Positions 1 through 7,445 of a stretch of 64,000 nt of DNA are shown one piece after another. Every line of letters starts with the position of its first letter. The first letter of the stretch is position 1. A program made the translations under genes and the position numbers. Below the pieces are notes generated by a model. It was not told the origin of the DNA. It saw only the letters and a list, made by a program, of their open reading frames with translations, and did not search any database. The DNA is taken from contig PCVQ01000003.1 in the NCBI GenBank assembly GCA_002796025.1, positions 2,238 through 66,237 of the forward strand, written 5' to 3'. The stretch is from Candidatus Peregrinibacteria bacterium CG11_big_fil_rev_8_21_14_0_20_46_8 (GTDB lineage Bacteria; Patescibacteriota; Gracilibacteria; UBA1369; UM-FILTER-53-11).

Positions 1-1006
1 AGGTGTTACCAATTTGCATGTCGAAGATGCAAGCCGGCAATTTTTTTCTGCACTCAAGGGAGAGTGCGATCCGGAACGGAAACGGAAAATTATTGGTGAT
101 ATGTTTTTAACGGTCCAGGCAAAGGTTAGTCATCGTCTTAAATTGAATCCCGATGAATGGGTACTTGGCCAGGGCACCATCTATCCCGATACTATTGAAA
201 GCGCCGGTACCAAACATGCCGATAAAATTAAAACGCATCATAATCGCGTGCCAGAGATTTTAGAGCTTATTAAAAAGGGTCGGGTTGTGGAGCCAATTGC
301 AGAGCTCTACAAAGACGAAGTCCGAACGCTTGGTACAAAGCTTGGGCTGCCGGATTCGTTAATCTGGCGTCACCCCTTTCCGGGACCAGGTCTGGGTGTT
401 CGTATTCTCTGTGCAAAGGAGCCACATTTACCAAATATGGTAAATACGTTGCACTCGTGGTTGGCGAAGCATCTTGTAGCACATAAGCTGCATCAAGCCG
501 TATTGCCGTTGCGCAGTGTTGGTGTACAGGGTGATGCCCGTACCTATCGCAATCCTCTTGTGGTATGGGGTGCAGAGCATTCGTTTACAAAATTAGAGTG
601 GATTTCGACCGCACTTACCAATTCGTTTAGCGAAATTAACCGCGTCACACTCTTGCTTGCACCGCAGCGCTTTGAATCGGTAAAAGTGCTTCCTGCAAGT
701 ATTACCAAAGAGCGCGTCGCCCTACTTCAAAAGCTCGATGATATTGTTATGCAGTTTATTCGGGAAGAAAAAATCAGCCGTAAAATTTGGCAGTTTCCAA
801 CGGTGCTTGTTCCCCTGCGCTTCAACGGCAGTAAAAAGGAGGCGGTCGTACTCCGTCCGGTCTGTTCGGACGAGGCCATGACTGCAAATTTTTATAAAAT
901 GAATCGCGACTTACTCAAAAAACTTACTGCAAAATTGGCCCCGCACGTCAGCGCCGTATTATATGATATTACCAATAAACCACCGGGCACAATCGAGTGG
1001 GAGTGA
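1..1006 (+). CDS. guaA: GMP synthase (glutamine-hydrolysing), C-terminal ATP-pyrophosphatase/dimerisation part; 5' end cut by window edge
   Basis: Frame is open from nt 2. Motifs GTIYPDTIESAG, KTHHN, GLPDSLIWRHPFPGPGLGVRI and the terminal KPPGTIEWE are typical of the GuaA C-terminus. Confidence 0.92.
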   Translation, partial: GVTNLHVEDASRQFFSALKGECDPERKRKIIGDMFLTVQAKVSHRLKLNPDEWVLGQGTIYPDTIESAGTKHADKIKTHHNRVPEILELIKKGRVVEPIAELYKDEVRTLGTKLGLPDSLIWRHPFPGPGLGVRILCAKEPHLPNMVNTLHSWLAKHLVAHKLHQAVLPLRSVGVQGDARTYRNPLVVWGAEHSFTKLEWISTALTNSFSEINRVTLLLAPQRFESVKVLPASITKERVALLQKLDDIVMQFIREEKISRKIWQFPTVLVPLRFNGSKKEAVVLRPVCSDEAMTANFYKMNRDLLKKLTAKLAPHVSAVLYDITNKPPGTIEWE

Positions 1007-1015
1007 ATTCATGTT

Positions 1016-1657
1016 ATGAACGAAGGAGGAGGCGACAATTCCGATCATACGTGTGAGGTTATTCAGCTTTTCCCTTATCCTGCATATGTTAGCGATGAAG
1101 TTTTAAAGACTCCCGGAAGACTGTCAGAGGTTGTTGCTAATCATGCTCCTTCTTTTTCGATTAAACTTTCTCCAAGCGGCGAGCGATTTTGTATCACTCT
1201 TAAAGGACTGCGTTCTGGAGCCGGCCTTCCGTGGACATATGGAGGTCGAAATTCAGTCAGGCACATGCAGGCCTGTATATTAAATAATCTTGCCTTGCAA
1301 TTTCGTGAATATGGCCGCACGGGGTTGAATTCAGTTTTATTTAAAGATGGTTTTGTTTCAGAAGATAGGATCTTAAATATAGATCTTCAATTCATGCAAG
1401 AAGATGGTGAGTGGCTCCTTATCGAACATCCATCTTTTGGAAGATCAACGCACCATCGAGATCAATCTATGGCGTACACACAAAATATGAGCCGCATCTT
1501 AGATGATCTCGCAGAGAAAATCCGCCAATCGAGGCCCGGATTCGATATTTTGAGCAAAATTGCTTTTAGATTTCATGGCGATCCGCGTGTTCTAGCGGCA
1601 TCTAGCCGAGACAAGGTCAAAAAAGTTATTAGGCTTTTTCCTAGGTTACATACTTAA
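1016..1657 (+). CDS. hypothetical protein, 213 aa
   Basis: Long ORF starting 10 nt after the guaA stop on the same strand. Composition is ordinary; no motif I can name. Confidence 0.6.
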   Translation: MNEGGGDNSDHTCEVIQLFPYPAYVSDEVLKTPGRLSEVVANHAPSFSIKLSPSGERFCITLKGLRSGAGLPWTYGGRNSVRHMQACILNNLALQFREYGRTGLNSVLFKDGFVSEDRILNIDLQFMQEDGEWLLIEHPSFGRSTHHRDQSMAYTQNMSRILDDLAEKIRQSRPGFDILSKIAFRFHGDPRVLAASSRDKVKKVIRLFPRLHT

Positions 1658-1697
1658 TAAGTTGATTAGTCTTTACCGTTTGCAGTACTATTAATTT

Positions 1698-1850
1698 ATG
1701 ATCGAAAAGCCAATATTATCTGATTCAACTGAGGAGCCATTTGTTCCCGAAAAGGATTTTAGTACTCTTCTTTTAATGATCGTTAATGGTACTCGGGAGG
1801 AAGCGCAAAAAGCAGAGGTTCAATTGCAAGAACTTTTAGAATCGGAATAA
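1698..1850 (+). CDS. possible small acidic protein, 50 aa
   Basis: ATG..TAA ORF (MIEKPILSDSTEEPF...LQELLESE) fills the gap between two genes. No clear SD and below the ORF-track cutoff. Confidence 0.3.
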   Translation: MIEKPILSDSTEEPFVPEKDFSTLLLMIVNGTREEAQKAEVQLQELLESE

Positions 1851-1853
1851 TTT

Positions 1854-2642
1854 TTACATTAAAGCAATCTTTTCCACCGTACCAATTTTGAGTGTGAGGT
1901 TTTGCTGTGCAAATAGTTCAAAGCGTTCAGTGCAGTCCGTAGTACAAAATTCACGCGCACTTTTTTTAGAGAGCTGCGTTTCAATTTCTGGATGCCGCTG
2001 CAAGTAATCTGCCAAACTTTCTGCAACAATTTTTCCGGTGCGCAGCACGTTTACATTTTTTCCCATAATGCGCTCGAAATCTTTGTGCATAAAAGGATAG
2101 TGTGTGCAGCCGTGAATAAGTGTATCGATATTGTGTGATTTGAGCGGGGTGAGATATTTTTTTAAAATCATGCGCGCTTCGGGCTTGGTGTGCCAGCCCT
2201 CTTCAATAAAAGGAACAAGCAGTGGCGTTGCCTTTTCAATTACTTCAGCATTCGGTGCCAGCTTGTGAATCTCATCGCGGAATGCGTGCGATGCAATGGT
2301 TGCGCGTGTTCCCACCACGCCAATTCGTGTGCCTGCCCGCACCGCTTCCTCAACGATGGGCCGCACCACTCCTAAAATTTTCTTATCCGTATGCCGCTGT
2401 TGTAATTCGCGCAAAGCCTGCGCCGAGGCGGTAAAGCACGCAAAAATGATCAGCCGCGCTCCCCTACTCCATAAATATTGAACCGCTTCTTCACTAAATT
2501 GTGTAATTACCTCTTTGCTCCGCCCGCCATATGGCGCACGCGCATTGTCGCCCACATACAAATAGTCATATTCAGGCAAGCGCCCAATAATCTCTTGCGC
2601 CACCGTCAGCCCTCCAAAGCCGGAATCGAATATGCCAATCAT
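1854..2642 (-). CDS. murI: glutamate racemase
   Basis: N-terminal IGIFDSGFGGLTV, the conserved Cys context IIFACFTAS and GCTHYP motifs. Confidence 0.92.
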   Translation of the reverse strand: MIGIFDSGFGGLTVAQEIIGRLPEYDYLYVGDNARAPYGGRSKEVITQFSEEAVQYLWSRGARLIIFACFTASAQALRELQQRHTDKKILGVVRPIVEEAVRAGTRIGVVGTRATIASHAFRDEIHKLAPNAEVIEKATPLLVPFIEEGWHTKPEARMILKKYLTPLKSHNIDTLIHGCTHYPFMHKDFERIMGKNVNVLRTGKIVAESLADYLQRHPEIETQLSKKSAREFCTTDCTERFELFAQQNLTLKIGTVEKIALM

Positions 2643-2680
2643 TGAGCTGATTATACAGATTTCAATCCGTAAATATTAGC

Positions 2681-2959
2681 TCATGAAGCATGAGCAAGCT
2701 GCGATTTTTCTTTCTCGGTTAAAGGCCGAACATGCTCTCGGCCAATAGTAGATGGACCCATCTCTGCATTTATTTGAGCTTGAGTTAGCCATATGATTTC
2801 GTCCCGAATACCTCGTGCATTTATTTGAGCTGTAAGCTCGTCGATAGTATCGGCAATCACTAGTGGATATATTCTCCCTGGATGAGTTACCCGAAAAGAT
2901 GGATGATCCTCTTTTTCTTCATAAGCATACCCAATCACCGTGTCAGGCTTAATATCCAT
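2681..2959 (-). CDS. hypothetical protein, 92 aa
   Basis: ORF with ordinary composition. A TTGCAA-N16-TAAAAT promoter-like pair lies at 3020-2993 on the same strand. Confidence 0.5.
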   Translation of the reverse strand: MDIKPDTVIGYAYEEKEDHPSFRVTHPGRIYPLVIADTIDELTAQINARGIRDEIIWLTQAQINAEMGPSTIGREHVRPLTEKEKSQLAHAS

Positions 2960-3026
2960 TTTTATGCATGTGATTTATGAATATAAGAATCCATTTTAAA
3001 TTCTTTGGCAGTAATTGCAACCACAT

Positions 3027-3070
3027 AAAAAAGCCTTTCAATATTGGGTGGGGGATAATACTGAAAGGCT
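3027..3070 (-). terminator. intrinsic terminator candidate
   Basis: On the minus strand, AGCCTTTCA (3070-3062) pairs perfectly with TGAAAGGCT (3040-3032). The stem is 9 bp with a 21-nt loop and is followed by TTTTT. Confidence 0.55.
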
Positions 3071-3201
3071 CATTTATGCCCCCGCCGAGGCGGGGGCAAC
3101 CACATCAATTCCAGGTAACCTATCAAGCGAACGAAAATAAAATAATGCTCGCCAGAGGCCGTTTTGTCCAAGACGACATGGGTGAATGGAGACCAGGCCA
3201 T
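3070..3201 (-). CDS. candidate small ORF / leader peptide, 43 aa (MAWSPFTHVVLDKTASGEHYFIFVRLIGYLELMWLPPPRRGHK)
   Basis: ATG at 3201 is preceded by GGGAG with a short 3-nt spacer. The TGA stop (3072-3070) abuts the terminator stem. Confidence 0.35.
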   Translation of the reverse strand: MAWSPFTHVVLDKTASGEHYFIFVRLIGYLELMWLPPPRRGHK

Positions 3202-3299
3202 TCTCTCCCGTATGTAATCAATTTTACGAAAACATACGTAGATCTGCTGTGCTTCGGTTTTTGTTTGCGTGGAACCGTAACAACGGCTTGTTTTTTGTG

Positions 3300-3510
3300 T
3301 TTATATTAGGTGAGTCCCGAAGGCTCAAACACCAAGCTTTATTTTTGTTTGAGTGGTAAGTGGGGTCGGCTGTGGCCACTTACCAGACGCAAAGCAGAGA
3401 GAGGGAGGCGCCTGCGAAGAGAATATTTATTTTTGTTTTATCACCAGCGGGATCACCTCCTTCTCACTGCCTTGTGTCTTCACTCCGATTAGATCGGGGC
3501 GCAGTGAGGT
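3300..3510 (+). ncRNA. candidate structured RNA of unknown class
   Basis: Consecutive stems: CTCAAAC/GTTTGAG (3324-3353), GGTAAGTGG/CCACTTACC (3355-3384), a 15-bp helix 3394-3408:3456-3470, and a competing 8-bp hairpin 3463-3470:3501-3508. A G-U pair exists only on the plus strand. Confidence 0.3.
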
Positions 3511-3744
3511 TCGAATTGTAGCTAGCGTACTATTATTTTTGAGATGCTCTCGTCAGGTATGTGCCGTAGTATATGTGGCGCCTGGGGCAATCTCAGTGAA
3601 GCTAGCAAGATTTCAATGAACGAATCACGACATGGTACTAAACGCACAGAATTTGCGCAACTCTTTTTATTCGCCAAAGTCTAGAGTTATGTATTTATTT
3701 AGATTGGATATATCTAATTTGGGCAATTTTATTCGTTATTTGCT

Positions 3745-4446
3745 ATGCTGATGCAGATGAAAAAACAGGTTGTGACTCCCCTCTTCATTGGTATCGGTCT
3801 CCTTGTTGGCATTATTTTTTCGCTGCAATTTCGTGCTAAACCTATTGGGAGCGGCTCGTTTCCGTTGGAGCGGCTCGAAATTCAAAAGGAGTTGCTGACT
3901 GAATATTCAGTTGAGCAACAAGAATTAAAACAAAGAATTGAAGAGGCAGACGAAAAATTGCAGGAAGCCCGAGCGCTTATTGAGCGCCAGACTTCACCGC
4001 AAACTCTTAACGAACTTGACCGCCTGCGTGCTGCAGCCGGTTTTACTGCGGTAGAAGGCAGTGGTATTCGTGTTAAGCTGAGTGATAATCCAGGTGTTTC
4101 GCGCCGCGGCTTTTCTAGTGTAAATGAGAATTTTGTGCAGGCCAGCGATGTGCGCGATCTTGTAAATAGTTTGTTTTTAAAGGATGCGCGTGCTGTTTCG
4201 ATAAATGGAAATCGAGTTATGCCACTTACTTCCATTCAGCCTGTTGCCGATAATCTCCTGGTGGGGAACTTTTTTGAAATTGCTCCGTTTGTTATCGAAG
4301 CAGTTGGGGACCCTGATGCGCTAGAAGAAGCAGTCGAGACGATCCGCAGCAGAAAAATACGCGTTTTTGCTGATGTTGTTGATTCTTTGAAGCTTGAACC
4401 GGTAGAGAGTAGACGTACTCTTAAATTCCTTAAACTTCATGAATAA
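3745..4446 (+). CDS. DUF881-family membrane protein (division-associated family)
   Basis: N-terminal TM helix, a coiled coil, then the DUF881-like core (GxGIxVxLxD, DVRDLVNxL, AVSINGNRV). Confidence 0.8.
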   Translation: MLMQMKKQVVTPLFIGIGLLVGIIFSLQFRAKPIGSGSFPLERLEIQKELLTEYSVEQQELKQRIEEADEKLQEARALIERQTSPQTLNELDRLRAAAGFTAVEGSGIRVKLSDNPGVSRRGFSSVNENFVQASDVRDLVNSLFLKDARAVSINGNRVMPLTSIQPVADNLLVGNFFEIAPFVIEAVGDPDALEEAVETIRSRKIRVFADVVDSLKLEPVESRRTLKFLKLHE

Positions 4447-5074
4447 AAATAAAGCTATTATTTTAATTGCGATTATTATTGGTGTACTGCTGGCTTTACA
4501 GTATCGCTCATTTCGAGAAATCGAATTACTTGTGCAGCGCACTGAGCCGGAGAATATTTTTACCGAACTCCGCGTTTTTCAAGTAGCAAACAAGCAGTTG
4601 CGTGCAAATTTAGATGTTACAAAGCGTGCATTGGATGAAACTCAATCTAAACTTTCGCGTGAGGCAATTGATGAAGAAATCCAGCGTCTTAAGCTGTTGA
4701 GTGGTGAACAGACGGTTAGCGGCGAAGGTATTGAAGTTACTTTTGATGCTGCAGTTAAAACATTTTGGCTTAACGATCTTATTTCTCAACTTGTGGTTAC
4801 CGGTGCTGAAGCAGTTGCAATTAATGATGTTCGTTTGCTCGACCGCACAGCCGGCTTTCGCGATATTGGTGATGGGATTCTTATGCGACGATATTTTTTG
4901 CGCCCACCGTTCAAAATTACAGCGATAGGCCCGCGCACTGAAATGCAAAGTGCAATCGCCCAGAGCGGCGGCATTGTCGACCGCATCGAAGATGCGAATC
5001 CTACATTAAAGATTATCGTTGCAGAAAGAGAGAAGATTATCATTCCTGCTTTTAACGAAGAGTCATCTCAATAA
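4439..5074 (+). CDS. DUF881-family membrane protein, tandem paralog
   Basis: Same architecture as the upstream gene (GEGIEVTFD, NDLISQLVVTGAEAVAINDVRL). Its start overlaps the upstream stop by 8 nt. Confidence 0.8.
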   Translation: MNKNKAIILIAIIIGVLLALQYRSFREIELLVQRTEPENIFTELRVFQVANKQLRANLDVTKRALDETQSKLSREAIDEEIQRLKLLSGEQTVSGEGIEVTFDAAVKTFWLNDLISQLVVTGAEAVAINDVRLLDRTAGFRDIGDGILMRRYFLRPPFKITAIGPRTEMQSAIAQSGGIVDRIEDANPTLKIIVAEREKIIIPAFNEESSQ

Positions 5075-5656
5075 GTACCAAAACACAGGCTGCAGTACGA
5101 GTAGAATATATGTAAGAACTGCGAAGATAGTTCTACTTGTTTTTTCTTTTGCCAATGTGTTTTTGAGAAGTTCTAAATCATGCTCGCGGTCGCGGATTTC
5201 TTTTCGGAGCAGTTCCAGCGTATATATCTCTTTTGTTCCATCGATCCGCGCGACTTCCTCACTGGCAAATGGTCGTCCCGACCCGGTTGGCATGTGCTCC
5301 TTCTCTATTGTTTGCGCATGAAATTTAAGTTGCGATTCAAGTTGGCCGATTTTAAAATTCGCCTCTTGCAGTTGAGATTGATAATCATTCAGTGCAGATT
5401 TTGCCTCTTTATAGAGATCCTGATAAAAATCCGGCCGTGCATGTTGCTCACGCGACGAAGCATATTGAACAGGTATGTTTTTTTCTTCACCCCCGTTCTT
5501 TTCGATATCTAAAACTTCTTTTTTATCGAGCCAAACGCGGCCGTCATTATAGCGCGCCGACAATTTGCCGGACCGGACATATCTATCTATTGTCCGGACT
5601 GACACATTGAGCAGTTCACTCGCTGTCTTCCTGTCTATGTCTGTCGATCTCGACAT
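5063..5656 (-). CDS. membrane-anchored HTH (excisionase/MerR-like) coiled-coil protein
   Basis: N-terminal HTH (ASELLNVSVRTIDRYVRSGKL), a long coiled coil and a C-terminal TM helix (IFAVLTYILLVLQPVFWYLL). Confidence 0.7.
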   Translation of the reverse strand: MSRSTDIDRKTASELLNVSVRTIDRYVRSGKLSARYNDGRVWLDKKEVLDIEKNGGEEKNIPVQYASSREQHARPDFYQDLYKEAKSALNDYQSQLQEANFKIGQLESQLKFHAQTIEKEHMPTGSGRPFASEEVARIDGTKEIYTLELLRKEIRDREHDLELLKNTLAKEKTSRTIFAVLTYILLVLQPVFWYLLR

Positions 5657-5727
5657 GTTGTCGATATTGTACTATTACCATATAAAAATCGCAATCATGC
5701 ACATTTGTTCGTGCTACACTATTTGGT

Positions 5728-6171
5728 ATGCAGAATCTTGTTGTTACCATATACAATCGTACCCGCACAAAAGTTCCTCTAAAACCTTTTGAAGAGCTGT
5801 TGGCTCCGGCTACAAAAATTTTGTTGCGAGAAAAAAAGCTTCGCAAGGATGAGCAACTTAAATTTGAACTAAGTTTAATCGGCGATACGGCTATGCAGAC
5901 GCTTAATAAAACGGTGCACTATAAAGACCGTCCGACGGATGTTGTTTCACTGAGTTATTACGAAGAGCATAGCGGTGATAATTTTGTGGGAGAAATTTTT
6001 ATCGCTCTTCCGTATGCTCGCCGGCAGGCAAAAAAAATAGGCCAATCTCTTAAAGAAGAGTTGCGCTTCTTGTTTGTACATGGTTTGCTCCATATTTTTG
6101 GTTACGACCATATGGAGCCCAAACAAGAGCAGGTTATGTTGGCGCTGACGTATGAGATACTGGAGAGATAA
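5728..6171 (+). CDS. ybeY: rRNA maturation endoribonuclease YbeY
   Basis: Zinc motif HGLLHIFGYDH near the C-terminus; size 147 aa. Confidence 0.9.
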   Translation: MQNLVVTIYNRTRTKVPLKPFEELLAPATKILLREKKLRKDEQLKFELSLIGDTAMQTLNKTVHYKDRPTDVVSLSYYEEHSGDNFVGEIFIALPYARRQAKKIGQSLKEELRFLFVHGLLHIFGYDHMEPKQEQVMLALTYEILER

Positions 6172-6192
6172 AGAGTTTATATTTTAATGCGC

Positions 6193-6224
6193 GTCTTGAA
6201 TCGGCCCTTCGGGCCTTTCAGGAC
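6193..6224 (-). terminator. conserved tRNA-trailer hairpin, copy 1
   Basis: Minus strand reads GTCCTGAAAGGCCCGAAGGGCCGATTCAAGAC, starting 3 nt after the tRNA-Tyr CCA. It is near-identical to 16771-16801. Confidence 0.5.
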
Positions 6225-6227
6225 ATA

Positions 6228-6312
6228 TGGTGGGCAGGGAGGGATTCGAACCCCCGAAGGCAGAGCCATCTGGTTTACAGCCAGACCCGTTTGACCGCTT
6301 CGGTACCTACCC
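6228..6312 (-). tRNA. tRNA-Tyr (GTA), long variable arm, CCA encoded
   Basis: Hand-folded cloverleaf: acceptor GGGTAGG/CCTGCCC, anticodon loop CTGTAAA, T-loop GGTTCGAATCC; 85 nt. Confidence 0.9.
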
Positions 6313-6316
6313 ATAA

Positions 6317-6392
6317 TGGAGCCACCTGTCGGGCTCGAACCGACGACCCACAGTTTACAAAACTGTTGCTCTACCAGCTGAGCTAAGGTGGC
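6317..6392 (-). tRNA. tRNA-Thr (TGT), CCA encoded
   Basis: Acceptor GCCACCT/AGGTGGC, anticodon stem ACAGT/ACTGT with loop TTTGTAA, T-loop GGTTCGAGCC; 76 nt. Confidence 0.9.
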
Positions 6393-6436
6393 TCATTTCC
6401 TATTCTGGTAGAATAGGCACGCAAATCTTACTGATT

Positions 6437-7324
6437 ATGTACGAAAAACTCAAGAAAAGCTTTCCAAAAATTCGTGAACAGGAGTTGCTCGCGAAACATT
6501 CTACCTTTCGTGTGGGTGGTCCGGCCGATTTATTTTATGAATTAACAGATATAGAGGCTCTGCCGGAGCTCGTTACTACAGCTGAGAAATTAGATATCCC
6601 CTATCGAATTATTGGCCGGGGCACAAATATTCTCTTTACCGATAAAGGATACCGCGGACTTATTATTAAGAATGTTACTAATGGGTTAAAAGTTCAGGGT
6701 ACTACTATATATGCCGATAGCGGTGTGTTATTGGCACAAATTGTGCAGCAATCAGTTAAGCACCATGTAACCGGATTAGAGCCTCTCTTTGGACTTCCTG
6801 GCTCAATTGGTGCGGCAGTATGGGGCAATGCCGGTGTTCCTCAATGTGAGATCGGTTCCTTTGTAAAAGAGATCGAGCTTTACAAGCCAAAAGATGGGCG
6901 GCGCACATTGCAAGCTAACGAGATCGATTTTCGCTATCGTCATACTTCACTTCAGGAGATGCCGGAAATTATCTTGCGTGTTCAGCTTGCGCTGTTTCAG
7001 GGGGACGCACAGCAGTCAAAAGAAATGATGAAACTCATTAATCAAATCCGTATTGGTAAACAGCCGACTGGCTATACCTGCGGTTCATTTTTTAAAAATC
7101 CAGCTCCCGATACAAGTGCCGGCATGCTCATCGATCAAGCTGGACTTAAAGGAACTAAGATTGGCGGCGCAGAAATTTCTCAAAAGCACGCTAATTTTTT
7201 TCTGAATAGCGAAAATGCAAGTGCGCAAAATATCCTCGACCTTAAAAATCTTGCTCAAAAAAGAGTTAAAGAAAAATTTAAAATTGATTTAGAGCCGGAA
7301 GTTAAAATTATTGGGGAATTGTAG
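6437..7324 (+). CDS. murB: UDP-N-acetylenolpyruvoylglucosamine reductase
   Basis: FAD-binding N-terminus (STFRVGGPADLF, IIGRGTNILF) and a C-terminal GSFFKNP...AGxLID motif. Confidence 0.92.
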   Translation: MYEKLKKSFPKIREQELLAKHSTFRVGGPADLFYELTDIEALPELVTTAEKLDIPYRIIGRGTNILFTDKGYRGLIIKNVTNGLKVQGTTIYADSGVLLAQIVQQSVKHHVTGLEPLFGLPGSIGAAVWGNAGVPQCEIGSFVKEIELYKPKDGRRTLQANEIDFRYRHTSLQEMPEIILRVQLALFQGDAQQSKEMMKLINQIRIGKQPTGYTCGSFFKNPAPDTSAGMLIDQAGLKGTKIGGAEISQKHANFFLNSENASAQNILDLKNLAQKRVKEKFKIDLEPEVKIIGEL

Positions 7325-7325
7325 C

Positions 7326-7372
7326 TTTTGCTCTATTTAAAGAGCAAAAAAAGTGAGTTCTCACCTTTTCTT
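7326..7372 (+). terminator. hairpin region after murB (weak terminator candidate)
   Basis: TTTTGCTCT/AGAGCAAAA stem at 7326-7349, followed by a short GTGAG/CTCAC element and a T-rich run. Confidence 0.4.
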
Positions 7373-7445
7373 TAGAGCGGCTTATGCATTTCTATTTGAC
7401 CTGATATACCCCTTGCACCTAAGATGCATTATATGGTAGAATATT

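Noticed and set aside
3427-3462. Minus-strand super-SD AAGGAGGTGATCC as the ribosome-binding site of a gene
   Set aside because: The only ORF it could serve is GTG-ATA-AAA-CAA-AAA-TAA (5 codons). No longer ORF follows on that strand before 3300.
2977-3619. Plus-strand track ORFs 2977..3309, 3310..3492 and 3353..3619 as protein-coding genes
   Set aside because: Composition is implausible (Cys/Phe/Arg/Leu-rich, e.g. CFGFCLRGTVTTACFLCLY). There is no SD, one starts at GTG, and they overlap each other. The DNA is instead dominated by stems. I treated the region as non-coding or RNA.
3300-3660. RNase P RNA, tmRNA, SRP RNA, 16S fragment or preQ1/T-box riboswitch identity for the structured region
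   Set aside because: Only partial resemblances exist (AGGTGAGTCCCG versus the P4 GAGGAAAGTCC; ACCAGACGCAAAGCAGAGAG versus ACCAGUGCAACAGAGAG). It lacks the GGUAAGGGUGAAAGGGUG-type core, a tRNA-like T-arm/acceptor, a tag ORF ending in LAA, SRP GGAA/AGCA loops and the 16S context around the GGATCACCTCCTT tract. The evidence is too weak to call any known family without a covariance-model search.
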